DNA of 62,882 bases from a virus (taxonomy: Duplodnaviria; Caudoviricetes): IMG/VR virus record IMGVR_UViG_3300020045_003897, positions 1 through 62,882 of that record; one strand, 5' to 3'. The stretch's first letter is position 1; each line of letters starts with the position of its first letter. Positions 36,414 to 46,941 of the stretch are shown piece by piece. The position numbers and the translations under genes are program-made. The notes under the pieces were generated by a model. It saw only the letters and a program-made list of their open reading frames with translations. It made no database searches and was not told the DNA's origin.

Positions 36414-37400
36414 ATGCAAATTTCAAATCAAGAATTTCTTCAGGCAATATTTGGTGTAGATTTTATCTGGGCTCATGTGACAGACTTCTTCCATGATCCT
36501 GGCAAAGGCTTTTCAGAAGAAAGCAAACGCGCATGGCTAGGAAATCATTATATTAATTCAGAACTAAGAGAATTTGCAAATCAATATTTCACTATCAGCT
36601 TGTTTCATGAAACTGAAGAAGAACTAGCTCGAAGAAGAAAAGAACTTTTCAAATCAACTCACTGCATAGTTATAGATGATGTTGGAGAAAAGATTTCCCT
36701 TGATCTAGTTCTTGACAAGCCTGCACCAAGTTGGATATTAGAAACAAGTCCAGGTTCCCAACAATGGGGATTCATATTAACTGAACCATGTAAAGAACGA
36801 GCTTATGTTGAAAACCTGCTGACTGGCATAGTTCATAAGATTTGCCCTGATGGAGTTGATTCAGGAATGCTCGGAGTTACTAGATATGTTAGATTGCCTG
36901 AAGGATATAACACGAAAAAAAGCAAAGTCGCTCTGAATGGAGGAAAGATTTTCAAATGCAGGATGATTCTTTGGCAGCCGCAAATCAAGGTTAGCATCAA
37001 TGATCTTGCAGATTCTTTTGAAGTTGACCTTACTAAGTCTTGCAAATGTACTAACTCAAGTGAGTATGATTTCCTTGAAGATCATTTCGCTGAAAGACAT
37101 CCTGCATGGAATTTGCTTGAAATCAAAAATATTCTTGATGAAGGTCATTACGATGTCAGGTGCCCTTGGGCTAACGAACATACTGATCCATCAGATGATA
37201 GAGCAACTATCTTTTTACTTGCTGATGGATACATGAGTTTCAAGTGTCACCATGGTCACTGTACAAACAAAACTGGTAAGGATTTGCTGAAGTACTTACA
37301 AAAGCATATTGCAGATTTTGATGAACTTTATCTCGAATATAAGAAAGAACTATCAAGACTTAATCCAACTAAACCATGCCCAATTATTTTTAATAGGTAG
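36414..37400 (+). CDS. RepB'-type (AEP superfamily) primase with C-terminal zinc-binding domain
   Basis: RRRK, IVIDDV, PSWILETSPGSQQWG, RYVRLPEG.N.K; CPW..EH...FKCHHGHC. Confidence 0.82.
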   Translation: MQISNQEFLQAIFGVDFIWAHVTDFFHDPGKGFSEESKRAWLGNHYINSELREFANQYFTISLFHETEEELARRRKELFKSTHCIVIDDVGEKISLDLVLDKPAPSWILETSPGSQQWGFILTEPCKERAYVENLLTGIVHKICPDGVDSGMLGVTRYVRLPEGYNTKKSKVALNGGKIFKCRMILWQPQIKVSINDLADSFEVDLTKSCKCTNSSEYDFLEDHFAERHPAWNLLEIKNILDEGHYDVRCPWANEHTDPSDDRATIFLLADGYMSFKCHHGHCTNKTGKDLLKYLQKHIADFDELYLEYKKELSRLNPTKPCPIIFNR

Positions 37401-37404
37401 GAAG

Positions 37405-37656
37405 ATGAAAAAATTAACTGCATTAGATTTACAAAATGTTTTAGATGAATGTGCTGAAAAGAAGTTCAAAACTCATGGCGATTGGCTTGCTGGAATGGTG
37501 AACAGATTGAATTCAGCATTAACAGACAATCCTGAGTTCTTGACAAATCTGGGAAACTCTTTACACAGGAAAAAAGATCCATTCAAATTACCTCCAATTA
37601 ATACAACGATTACAACTGGCAATGTTGTTGAACCTGAAGTTCCTTGTATCAGTTGA
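37405..37656 (+). CDS. Hypothetical protein
   Basis: ATG 37405 directly after the primase. Confidence 0.6.
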   Translation: MKKLTALDLQNVLDECAEKKFKTHGDWLAGMVNRLNSALTDNPEFLTNLGNSLHRKKDPFKLPPINTTITTGNVVEPEVPCIS

Positions 37657-37702
37657 AGCGATTAATTGCATCTGGATGATGCATTTCTTAAAGGAGCAAA
37701 TT

Positions 37703-37984
37703 ATGAAAACTCCAGAACAAAAAGCAAGAGACTTATTAGAACGAATGGAAGTTCCTAATGCACAAGATTATACTGCTGGAGAGTTAGTTGAACTTGCTAA
37801 TTTATTTATAAAAGATCAATTTTGCAAGTATTGTAAGTATTGGGATTTATCTTCTTATGAATGTGATTTTCCAATAAATAGAATGAATGATGATAGAAAT
37901 CCAATCTATCGAGTTGTTCGTCGATGTGGCCCTGAATTTGGATGCATTTCATTTGAGTATGGAAATAAATTATTACGAGGATAA
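37703..37984 (+). CDS. Hypothetical Cys-rich protein
   Basis: AAGGAG RBS; CKYCKYW...C...FGC. Confidence 0.6.
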   Translation: MKTPEQKARDLLERMEVPNAQDYTAGELVELANLFIKDQFCKYCKYWDLSSYECDFPINRMNDDRNPIYRVVRRCGPEFGCISFEYGNKLLRG

Positions 37985-38073
37985 AATGAACAAAATGGTT
38001 TTCTCTTTTGCAATTTTTATTTTTTCAGTCTGGGCTATTTGTTTGTTTATTTTAATTAATTAGGATTAACAAT

Positions 38074-38265
38074 ATGGAAGAATATCAAAGACGTGTAGTA
38101 GAAGAAGCAGATACATTAGATGTTAAGATAGCTAAGCTAGAAACTTTTCTTGAAAATCCACCTATCAATATTAATATTCCTGAACTTAGTAGACTAAAAC
38201 GTCAAGCAGATGCAATGAGACTTTATAGTTATATTCTGCATAATCGAATTAAACACTTTACCTAA
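38074..38265 (+). CDS. crAss001_48-like small helical protein
   Basis: YQ.RVVEE...LD.KI.KL..F...L..Q..AM..YS.IL..RI..F. Confidence 0.65.
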   Translation: MEEYQRRVVEEADTLDVKIAKLETFLENPPININIPELSRLKRQADAMRLYSYILHNRIKHFT

Positions 38266-38274
38266 GAGAAGATT

Positions 38275-39123
38275 ATGAAACAATATTTAAATTTAGTTGA
38301 TAGATTATTAACTGAAGGCAAGTGGATTACTAACAAGAGAACTGGAAAACGTTGCTTAACTATTATCAATGCAGATCTTGAATATGATGTTAGTGATGGA
38401 ACTTTACCAGTACTTACGACTAAGCAAATGGCATGGAAACCTGCAATAGCTGAAATGCTAGGATACTTACGAGGCTATACTTCAGCAGCAGATTTCAGAG
38501 ACATAGGATGCAACACTTGGAATGCAAATGCAAACGAAAATCAAGACTGGCTGAACAATCCTTTCCGCAAAGGTGAGGATGATATGGGCAGATGTTATGG
38601 AGCACAGGGAAGAGATTGGAAAAATCCAGAAGGTCGATCAGTTGATCAGCTTTATAATCTTTACCTGCACTTGAAGAATGGCATTGATAATCGTTCAGAG
38701 ATTATGACTTTTTTGAATCCTGGAGAACGTGACAGAGCGTGCTTGAACTCCTGTATGCACACACATACATTCTCTATTTTGGAGGATAAACTTTACCTAA
38801 CCTCATATCAACGAAGCTGTGATGTTCCGCTTGGTGTACCATTCAACATGATTCAAGTTGCCTGGCTTTTAATGATCATGGCACAAATAACTAAACTCAA
38901 ACCAGCAATTTGTTATCACAAGCTAGTCAATGTGCATGTGTATGAAGATCAATTAGAAACATTAGTAAAACAATTAACAAGAGGTCCATTTCCACTACCA
39001 AAGCTCAAGATCAATCCAAACATAAGAACCTTGAACGATCTTGAGACTTGTGTAACATTAGATGATTTTGAATTAATTAACTATCAACATCATCCAAAGA
39101 TTAACTTTCCTTTCAGTGTTTAA
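38275..39123 (+). CDS. thyA: Thymidylate synthase
   Basis: RTG, PVLTTK, YGAQ.R, catalytic LNSCMH, YQRSCDVPLGVPFN, NVHVYEDQ. Confidence 0.95.
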   Translation: MKQYLNLVDRLLTEGKWITNKRTGKRCLTIINADLEYDVSDGTLPVLTTKQMAWKPAIAEMLGYLRGYTSAADFRDIGCNTWNANANENQDWLNNPFRKGEDDMGRCYGAQGRDWKNPEGRSVDQLYNLYLHLKNGIDNRSEIMTFLNPGERDRACLNSCMHTHTFSILEDKLYLTSYQRSCDVPLGVPFNMIQVAWLLMIMAQITKLKPAICYHKLVNVHVYEDQLETLVKQLTRGPFPLPKLKINPNIRTLNDLETCVTLDDFELINYQHHPKINFPFSV

Positions 39124-39138
39124 AGGAGAAACTTACTT

Positions 39139-39360
39139 ATGAGTAAAATTATACTTATTGCTCTTGGAATAGTAATTGTTGTTTCTATTGCTCAGTTAAA
39201 TATTTATCTTATTACTAAAAAAGAAGTCACTAAACCAACCACAATTCAAGCACAGAAATTTCGTTTCGGAGAACAATGCTCTGATGGACTTAGAGTTGAA
39301 TATGTATCAACTATTAGATTACCTAAATCAGTAATTTGCCAAAAAGAAGTTGGAGAATAA
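39139..39360 (+). CDS. Small membrane-anchored protein
   Basis: N-terminal hydrophobic helix; AAGGAG RBS. Confidence 0.65.
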   Translation: MSKIILIALGIVIVVSIAQLNIYLITKKEVTKPTTIQAQKFRFGEQCSDGLRVEYVSTIRLPKSVICQKEVGE

Positions 39361-39361
39361 A

Positions 39362-39393
39362 AAATAGGATGCAGATTGCTCCACATCCTATTT
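39362..39393. terminator. Bidirectional terminator between the convergent arms
   Basis: AAATAGGATG / CATCCTATTT stem between stops at 39360 and 39398. Confidence 0.75.
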
Positions 39394-39397
39394 CTTG

Positions 39398-42300
39398 TTA
39401 GTTCATTGTGTCTGAAATTTCTTGATACTTCTTCAGGATTTGTTCTCGCTGAGACTTCAGTTGTCCAAGTCTAGTCTGAACATTTTCTGTTGAAGGTAAT
39501 TTTTCCAACTTGTTTATCACTGCTTTATTTCTATTCAATGCTGCTTGAAAATTCTCCTGAAGTTTCATCTGCTTGAAACGATCTAAGTTTGCTTCGATGA
39601 AAACTCTTTTATCAGTAGAATTTTCAAGCTGCCTCTTGAACATCGCAGCATCTTTAGTTGCTTTTGAGAAATCTTGTTCAGCAAGAGATTTCTTATTCTC
39701 TTCACCTCGACCATAGTGCCAATAAAGTAACTTCCCAACTCCAGGAATAGAATCAATTATTCTTGCATGGTCAAACCTGCTTACATCTCCTGCAACATAA
39801 TTATCATAGCCTTCTGCTAAGTCTTTACTTGCCGAATTAATGAACTTCATCGGAGGTAAAACCTGTTGCAGCATGGCTGATCCAAAGCCTTCCTTAGATA
39901 CCTGCATTCTGGTAAATCTAGAAGCTCCTCCCATCGTTAGCAAGTTCTCAATTACGTTATCAGAGAACCGTGATTCTTTGCCCAGCATCCAATCTTTCAG
40001 TTCATCTGCTCCAGCATTAGCAAGTGTAAGCAAAGCTAACAGTTGAACTAAGTTCGTCAGTCCTTGAATTCGCTGCTGTGGATTGTCTGATTTTAGGTTT
40101 TGTGCAACTTCTCTTCTGAATACGTCTAACTGCTTCAGCGAATAGGTCTTAAGCATGTAAAATACTCGACCATTCCCTGCCTTGAGATAAACTTCAGACA
40201 TTTCTGACAATGCTGCAGGTTGAAAATCAAGTACTCTAGAATAAAGAAGCATCTTCACATTATCAGATGGAACGTCAGCTAAAATCTCCTGAACTACATC
40301 AAGGGATTTGTCTTTAAAGATTGGCTTGATTTTCTTTGCAAGCGCTTCAGGATCAGCCTTAGCTTCTCTGCGATACTGATCAAGTGCATTGTTGATCAAG
40401 ACTTCTTTACCTATAGAATCAATCCTTTCAAGCTGAACTATTTTAAATGCTTTACTTACTGCACGACCAAGTGTAGTTCCATCAGCAAACTCTTGTGCTA
40501 TGCGCTCAAATCCTAAATCTTCTTTAGTTACTTCAGACTTACCAAATTTATCTTTAGTTGCATCAAACGATCCTGAAATTGCTTTAACGAGATTCTTTCC
40601 AGTACCAAGTAAACCGCTTGGAGTCCACACCTTACCAACATACATCGCCCAGGCTAAGTCACCAATCTGAGTAATGGCTGATGAGAAGTTTGCCATAACA
40701 TCAATGTAAGCAAAGTTTTTATAAGCATTAACTACACCAGTAGTTCCATGCTCATTGAATCTAGCTGCAAGAATGTCTTTAACAGTCTTTTCATCTTTCG
40801 GTGCAACTCTTCCAGCCAATCTCATTTCATCAATATAAGTTCCAATATTTTCAGTATAATCATTCTGATGCTTATACACATTTAAGCTTTCTTCAATCCT
40901 TGCCATATCTTCATTCAAAGCTCTGATCCTTTCCTGATACTCGGCAAAGGCTTCAGGATTCTCTGCTTGAGCTATTTCGGCAAGTTGAGTAAGTTTTATT
41001 ACTTCGTTATTCTTCCTGTTTCTTGATGATTTAAGATCACTGATTCTTGCAGGAACTTTACCAAAGAATCTTCTAGCCTCAATCTTCTTAGTCATACTAT
41101 AAACATATTGCATCAAGGCTGCGTCAGCGTCCATATAGAACTTAGCATACTCTTTTGGAATAGATTCGAACACCCTAGCTTTAATATTACCTGGCCCACC
41201 AATTCCATAATGCTTACCAAGGATCATGTTGCTAATTATATCCGCTTTAAGTTCAGGATATTCGCGCTCGAATTGTGTTTGAGTTATTCCGAGCTCCTTT
41301 GCTTTTGCCCTGAACGCTTCAGTAAATTCAGCACGTTGAGAAATTCCTTGCGTTGCTTGCAGAAATCCTTCTTGATCTTTGATTACACGTGGCCAGTATT
41401 CTTCAATGAAGCCTACATCATATCCAACTGCTTTTGCATCCTCTCTAATTTGATTCATCTTCTCTCGTAAGAGTTCTAACTGATTTCCGAGACCATACTT
41501 ATCAGAGATTCGTTTGATCTTTCCATCATCTGAGTTAAGTCTTGCCCAGTTCCATTCACTCTTATCTTCAGGTGACATTTGCTTAGTCACATCAAGTAAT
41601 GGCTTTGCAGTCTTGAGAACATCAATGATCTTTTGACTAGTTTTAAAATCAAGCCACTTGATATGTTCTGCAAGTTCAGGATCAACATTTCTAAGTCTGG
41701 TTGATATCGAGCCAAGTGCTTTATCAGCAAGTAACTTGATCTCATGATATTTCATTCGACCTTGCTGAACAAGACCACTAAGCAAGTTACTCTTTTCTGC
41801 ATAGACTGCATCATATTCAGATTGTGGTAATCTTTGCTCTACTTCAAGAGATTCGTAATTTGTCTGATCAGTCTGATTGACTTGTTCTTGCTGAGCCAAT
41901 TTTGCTATGATGCTCAGTGCTTCTTCGAAGGCATTCTTATTCGTATCTTTAATTCCAAGTGCTTTTAAAATAATTTCAACAAAAGCATCCCAAGCATTTC
42001 GTAATGCACCTTTATCAGCAATAGTCGTAGCTTTCAAAAGTTCTTGAAATGCAGAACTTCCCATTGCTTGAGCAAGGAACTCATTTTCATTCAGCAGACC
42101 ATATGCAGTATTATCAAATCTGAACTTACCAACAAGGTTTTCCTTATAGCCCAAACTTGTTCTTTCAGATTCAAGTAAACTCATCTGAGCAGGAGTAATG
42201 ATACCTTCCTTTATGGCCTTTGCTTTTACTCTGGCCATTAGAAGCTTAACTTGATTCCTGATTATTTGCTGACTATCTTTATCTACTCCTTTTGAAAGAA

Positions 42301-45300
42301 GATCTTTCTCTTGCTGAATCATCTCACGTGCAGTAACAGCATGAGTAAGTTCGTGCAACGAAGTACTTAACTGTGACGGATCGCGCAGCGTTATTGTATT
42401 TACTTGTCCTCCTACATACTGAGCACTTTTAACTGATGGATCAATTATTACTTTGATGTTCAGCTTAGATTCAGGTATAAAATCTGCAATGAATTTTGCA
42501 AGCTGACCTGTAAGTCCTTCAGCGGATTTAACTGCTTCAAGAATGTTGCCTAAAGATGTTTCTTGCTTTGCAATCTTTGATGGATTATAAGTTTCTCCAT
42601 TCGTGAGTTCAAACATAGGCATACCATCACGAAGAGCTTTAGCTTTCATGCGCTCAGTGATTGGTAAAGATAAAACAGATTCATAACCAAAATCTTCATC
42701 TAATTGTTCTTGAAGTTCTTCTCGTCTAGTATGTTCTCTTGGAGTAAGATTCTGATAGTTATTATTTAATCTTTCTAGTTCTTCATTTACAGGCCTTCTA
42801 CCAGTATCTATATCAATTTGTGCAACCTTAGCATTTCCCCACTTACCTCGATTGAACTCACTATTCATCATTCTTGGTAAATCAATAAGATATCTTTCAA
42901 TAATAGAAGAAACATTTTTCTGTCCATCATAGATAAAATAAGATTTACCTTTATCAGTTTCTCTTATTTCAACTTCCCCCCAACCTTCAATTTGTGCTAT
43001 TTGTTCTACAGTACTTGGCCAAGCAATCTTATCAAATCCATTCTCAGCAGCATATCGAATCATTCGCTTCATTGCAAGCATCGGCCATGTTTTCTTGAAT
43101 GGAGCGTCTGGAACAGCATTACTATCAGTAATTTCTCCTTGAACTATTCCATAATATATATCCTGATCTTCTTTTGAAACACCAAAATCTATTAAATCTT
43201 TATTTTCTACTTCTGGATAACCCATAATGACTGCTTCAAAATCAATATTTGGGTATTTACTTTCTATGCGCTTTATTTCAGATGCTGTAGTAGATTGATT
43301 TGAGTTTTGATATCCCTGCTTTCTACCTGCTTGATGCCAATCGCTTTGAACCTCTTCAAGGAAAAGAACTTTATTTCCTTCTGAATCAGTTCGTTCGTTG
43401 AATCGGATATGGGCTAAAATGTTTGGTTCGTCAAAATGGCTTGATTGGTATTGAATCTTATCAGAAGCAACTCCTTTACTATTCCACTGACCTTGCATAC
43501 CTCCATCAACCCATTCTTGATAGGTTTGTGGTTTTGCATTATTAGGTATAGTTAATAAGATTTCTTTATAATTCTTTCCTCCAGGAAGTTGGTATTGAGC
43601 ATATTTAGTTTCTTGAGGTAAATCTGTATTATCAGGATTATCTAAAATATTTTGAACATTATTAGGAAGTAAAGTACCAGGTTCAACATATTTATCATTA
43701 ACAATATCTTTTAATAAAAATTCTCCGTCCTGAAAAACTTTATCAGGAACATATTCATATCCTAATGGAATTAATCTTTTATTTACACTAGTTATATAAT
43801 CATCTATAGGATTTCCTTTAACAACTTCTTCCAGTTGAACATTATTCTCCTGAATAAAGTTCATCAGAGAATCTTTACTTACTTTCCCTTGCTGCTTATC
43901 AAGCCATTCATTTAATCCAATCCAATCAAGTTCTTCTGGTTTAACTCCAGGATAACCTTGCCAAACTTCATTACCATTCTTATCTTTAACATACCTGCCA
44001 ATCATTCCTTTCCATTGATCAGGAGTTGCTTGCTTCTGCTGAAATCCTTTCACAGCATTTTCAAGTGCAGAATACCATTGATTTGCAGGATCTTCATCAA
44101 GTGATTGATAAATATCAAACTGTTCAACTGAAGTTCGAATTGCTGCATTATCTTTTTCAAGTGCATCAATTTTATTCAGTACAGCTATTCTTTCATCTCG
44201 ATCAACAGATTTGTTCCATTGTTCAGTCAGCTTGGCAATTTCAAAGTTGTTCTTATCTACAAGAATTTGTTGTTGGTCGGTCAAAGGAACTTGACGTTCA
44301 TCTGTGAACGGACTTGTCTGGCCTTTGCCCATACCTGCACGTTCAAATGCCTTTGCAGATTCTTCAGCAGAATTTCTAGTAGCTTCATTAAAAGCATCAA
44401 TGTTAAACGGACGTTTCTCTTGAGCAAAAAGATCAGTATAAGCCTTTTCAGCCTCAGCCTGTGATCGCTCAGTTTCTATTCGTTCAAGTTCAGCAGCATT
44501 ACCTTCAAAAACTTGTGCTGATTCTTGGGCGTTTTTAACTCCAGGTTGCTCAAACATTTGATTGTAAAGTTTCTGCCTTACTTGCGGATCAGATTCTTTA
44601 ACAATCGCATCCATAGTTCTTTGTAAACTATTTTTTACTATTCGATTATCCTGTGCTGGATCTTGTTGATTAAATACCTCAGCAGACTCTTGAGCATTTT
44701 TAACTAATGGACGATTGAACAATTTACTATACATCTGCTGACGAATTGCTGGATTACTTTCTTGCAACAATGATTGAAGGACTTTATCTACCTCATCACG
44801 ACGTAACTGTGCAAGTTCTTCAGGAGTTTGTGCATTAAAGATTTGTGCTGATACAGAAGCATCTTTAACACCAGGCTGAATAAACATTTGCTCATAAAGT
44901 TTCTGCCTAATTACTGGATCAGATTCCTTAGAAAGCATATCTACAATCTGCTGAATATCAGGCTTTTGTGATGCTTGTTTTTGCCTAGCATTCACTGATC
45001 TATCAACATACTCATTCCATCGCATTTCACCAATATTATTCTTGATGTAATCAGTGTACTCTGCAATCTTTGAAGTATTCTTTTCCTGAGCAACTTTTTC
45101 AATCAGCTGATCAAGAGCTTGTTGACGATCTTCTGATTTGATGTTATTTATTTGACTAACATAATCAACAATATTTTTTGAACTTAATTCTTCTTGAAAT
45201 ACAGCAGCAGATTCGGAAGCATCTTTTTCAGTTCCAACTTTAGCACCAACATTTACAGTCCCAAACATATCGTCATAAATCTTTTGACGCTCTTCACGAG

Positions 45301-46873
45301 TTGTGTATGGTGCAAATGTTTGATTATTAACTTGTTCTTTTTGTTGATCAAGGAGTTTATTCTTTTCTTTACGAAGAGTAAAAACTCTATCAGCCATTTG
45401 TTTTTTCTTTTCAGGATCAGCTTCTTTAGAGTATAGATTACTAAAGATTGATTCTATTTTATCAATGCTGGTAAGTCTTTCATTTATCTTTTGTGCTTCT
45501 GCAATGACTTTTTGTTTATCAGATTCTTTCTGAGATGCAAATTTAGTCTCAACATCCTTTATTGCTTTTTCTTCAGGAGATAGTTGTTCATATTCTTTTT
45601 TAGTTAATTCTTCTTTAGCTTTTACTCCTGCATTAACTTTATCAAGCAAAGCCTGATTAGTTTTATTATCATAAATAATCTTTGAGATTAATTCTTTCGG
45701 ATCAACATTTAATTCAGTTGCTTTAGCTTCAAGTTTATTAACATCACTCAGCAACTCTTGATTTGCTTTCAGTTCATCAGCGAGTTTCTTAGTTCCAGCT
45801 GCGAATTGATCTTTATCAAGGGCAAGAATATTTGCTGCACGATTATCAAGTGCAATTTCTTCATCTGTTTTTAGTTTTGTATCTTTTGCTTGACCAGAAA
45901 ATACTGCATTAACTCCAGCACCAGCTCCGCCTCCTACTGCACCAGCAGCCATGCTTTCAACAATTCGTTCGATGTTACCAGCAGTTAAAAGTTTCTCATC
46001 AGTATTAACTACAGTATTAAGAATACTAAGAAATTCTTGACTACCTTCCTGCATTGCTTCTTGAGGAATATTTGTTAGAAGTTCTTTAGCTGATTTCTTT
46101 ATAGTTCCAGCAGCACCTTTACCAACTGAATCAATAAAAGTATCGACTAGCTTACTGTTACCACCAGCAAATTCAAGTGCTGTTGCTAAAGCACCAAAAG
46201 CTGCTGCAGTTCCAGGAGCATCAACTCCATGCTCAGCAAGCAATTCTCCATACATGCCACCAGATTCCATAGGCATTACAGCAGTGCCCATACCAACTTT
46301 AGCACCAAGTTTTTTCAGTGCTTGGTTAGCAACTTGTTTTTGAACTAAGTCACTTGCACCTTGTTTGATCGCTTGTTCAGTAGCTTTTTCAATTCCTTTT
46401 CTAAGAATTGTTCTACCAGCTAATGCACCAACAGCAGTACCTGGGCCAGGAGCTGCAGCAGATCCTATTGCTGCACCTACACCAGCTTCAACCATACTTG
46501 GAACTAACTCACCAAGAGTTCCTTGAACCCAGTCAACAGTTCCACCTATTCCTGCTTCACCAGTATAAACATCTTTGAATGTATGCTTAGCAGGATATTG
46601 CTTTGCCTCTTCAATATTCCGCTTATACCCCTCCATGCCAATATCTTGTAGAGTCTGTCCTACAGATTCAGCACCAAGTTTTTTCAATCCTGATCCTGCG
46701 AGCGCTCCAGCACCATAAAGACTTGCTTGCAGATTTTGTAATCCACGCTGCATACCAGGAACAAAATCAGAATCAGAAGATACAACTTTTACATTTTCTG
46801 CTTGAGTATCATCAAATAAATCTTTTACTATTGGCGATTTAGTTCCTTGTGTTTCATCAAAAAGGTCAGCCAT
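39398..46873 (-). CDS. Giant internal virion/ejection protein (large polyvalent protein with zincin-like HExxH)
   Basis: 2491 aa; Gly/Ala-rich hydrophobic N-terminus; ~50-aa repeats; SHF.EPNILAH.R...LEEVQSDWHQ; LHELTHA...EFLAQA; last gene of the structural arm. Confidence 0.75.
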   Translation of the reverse strand: MADLFDETQGTKSPIVKDLFDDTQAENVKVVSSDSDFVPGMQRGLQNLQASLYGAGALAGSGLKKLGAESVGQTLQDIGMEGYKRNIEEAKQYPAKHTFKDVYTGEAGIGGTVDWVQGTLGELVPSMVEAGVGAAIGSAAAPGPGTAVGALAGRTILRKGIEKATEQAIKQGASDLVQKQVANQALKKLGAKVGMGTAVMPMESGGMYGELLAEHGVDAPGTAAAFGALATALEFAGGNSKLVDTFIDSVGKGAAGTIKKSAKELLTNIPQEAMQEGSQEFLSILNTVVNTDEKLLTAGNIERIVESMAAGAVGGGAGAGVNAVFSGQAKDTKLKTDEEIALDNRAANILALDKDQFAAGTKKLADELKANQELLSDVNKLEAKATELNVDPKELISKIIYDNKTNQALLDKVNAGVKAKEELTKKEYEQLSPEEKAIKDVETKFASQKESDKQKVIAEAQKINERLTSIDKIESIFSNLYSKEADPEKKKQMADRVFTLRKEKNKLLDQQKEQVNNQTFAPYTTREERQKIYDDMFGTVNVGAKVGTEKDASESAAVFQEELSSKNIVDYVSQINNIKSEDRQQALDQLIEKVAQEKNTSKIAEYTDYIKNNIGEMRWNEYVDRSVNARQKQASQKPDIQQIVDMLSKESDPVIRQKLYEQMFIQPGVKDASVSAQIFNAQTPEELAQLRRDEVDKVLQSLLQESNPAIRQQMYSKLFNRPLVKNAQESAEVFNQQDPAQDNRIVKNSLQRTMDAIVKESDPQVRQKLYNQMFEQPGVKNAQESAQVFEGNAAELERIETERSQAEAEKAYTDLFAQEKRPFNIDAFNEATRNSAEESAKAFERAGMGKGQTSPFTDERQVPLTDQQQILVDKNNFEIAKLTEQWNKSVDRDERIAVLNKIDALEKDNAAIRTSVEQFDIYQSLDEDPANQWYSALENAVKGFQQKQATPDQWKGMIGRYVKDKNGNEVWQGYPGVKPEELDWIGLNEWLDKQQGKVSKDSLMNFIQENNVQLEEVVKGNPIDDYITSVNKRLIPLGYEYVPDKVFQDGEFLLKDIVNDKYVEPGTLLPNNVQNILDNPDNTDLPQETKYAQYQLPGGKNYKEILLTIPNNAKPQTYQEWVDGGMQGQWNSKGVASDKIQYQSSHFDEPNILAHIRFNERTDSEGNKVLFLEEVQSDWHQAGRKQGYQNSNQSTTASEIKRIESKYPNIDFEAVIMGYPEVENKDLIDFGVSKEDQDIYYGIVQGEITDSNAVPDAPFKKTWPMLAMKRMIRYAAENGFDKIAWPSTVEQIAQIEGWGEVEIRETDKGKSYFIYDGQKNVSSIIERYLIDLPRMMNSEFNRGKWGNAKVAQIDIDTGRRPVNEELERLNNNYQNLTPREHTRREELQEQLDEDFGYESVLSLPITERMKAKALRDGMPMFELTNGETYNPSKIAKQETSLGNILEAVKSAEGLTGQLAKFIADFIPESKLNIKVIIDPSVKSAQYVGGQVNTITLRDPSQLSTSLHELTHAVTAREMIQQEKDLLSKGVDKDSQQIIRNQVKLLMARVKAKAIKEGIITPAQMSLLESERTSLGYKENLVGKFRFDNTAYGLLNENEFLAQAMGSSAFQELLKATTIADKGALRNAWDAFVEIILKALGIKDTNKNAFEEALSIIAKLAQQEQVNQTDQTNYESLEVEQRLPQSEYDAVYAEKSNLLSGLVQQGRMKYHEIKLLADKALGSISTRLRNVDPELAEHIKWLDFKTSQKIIDVLKTAKPLLDVTKQMSPEDKSEWNWARLNSDDGKIKRISDKYGLGNQLELLREKMNQIREDAKAVGYDVGFIEEYWPRVIKDQEGFLQATQGISQRAEFTEAFRAKAKELGITQTQFEREYPELKADIISNMILGKHYGIGGPGNIKARVFESIPKEYAKFYMDADAALMQYVYSMTKKIEARRFFGKVPARISDLKSSRNRKNNEVIKLTQLAEIAQAENPEAFAEYQERIRALNEDMARIEESLNVYKHQNDYTENIGTYIDEMRLAGRVAPKDEKTVKDILAARFNEHGTTGVVNAYKNFAYIDVMANFSSAITQIGDLAWAMYVGKVWTPSGLLGTGKNLVKAISGSFDATKDKFGKSEVTKEDLGFERIAQEFADGTTLGRAVSKAFKIVQLERIDSIGKEVLINNALDQYRREAKADPEALAKKIKPIFKDKSLDVVQEILADVPSDNVKMLLYSRVLDFQPAALSEMSEVYLKAGNGRVFYMLKTYSLKQLDVFRREVAQNLKSDNPQQRIQGLTNLVQLLALLTLANAGADELKDWMLGKESRFSDNVIENLLTMGGASRFTRMQVSKEGFGSAMLQQVLPPMKFINSASKDLAEGYDNYVAGDVSRFDHARIIDSIPGVGKLLYWHYGRGEENKKSLAEQDFSKATKDAAMFKRQLENSTDKRVFIEANLDRFKQMKLQENFQAALNRNKAVINKLEKLPSTENVQTRLGQLKSQREQILKKYQEISDTMN

Positions 46874-46941
46874 TTTTTTACACCTATAAAACTATTATTA
46901 TTTAACTAATATAAAATAAATTAATATTATTAGAATTAATA

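Noticed and set aside
39398-46873. N4-like virion RNA polymerase
   Set aside because: No recognisable single-subunit RNAP motifs; the motifs fit a polyvalent/ejection protein
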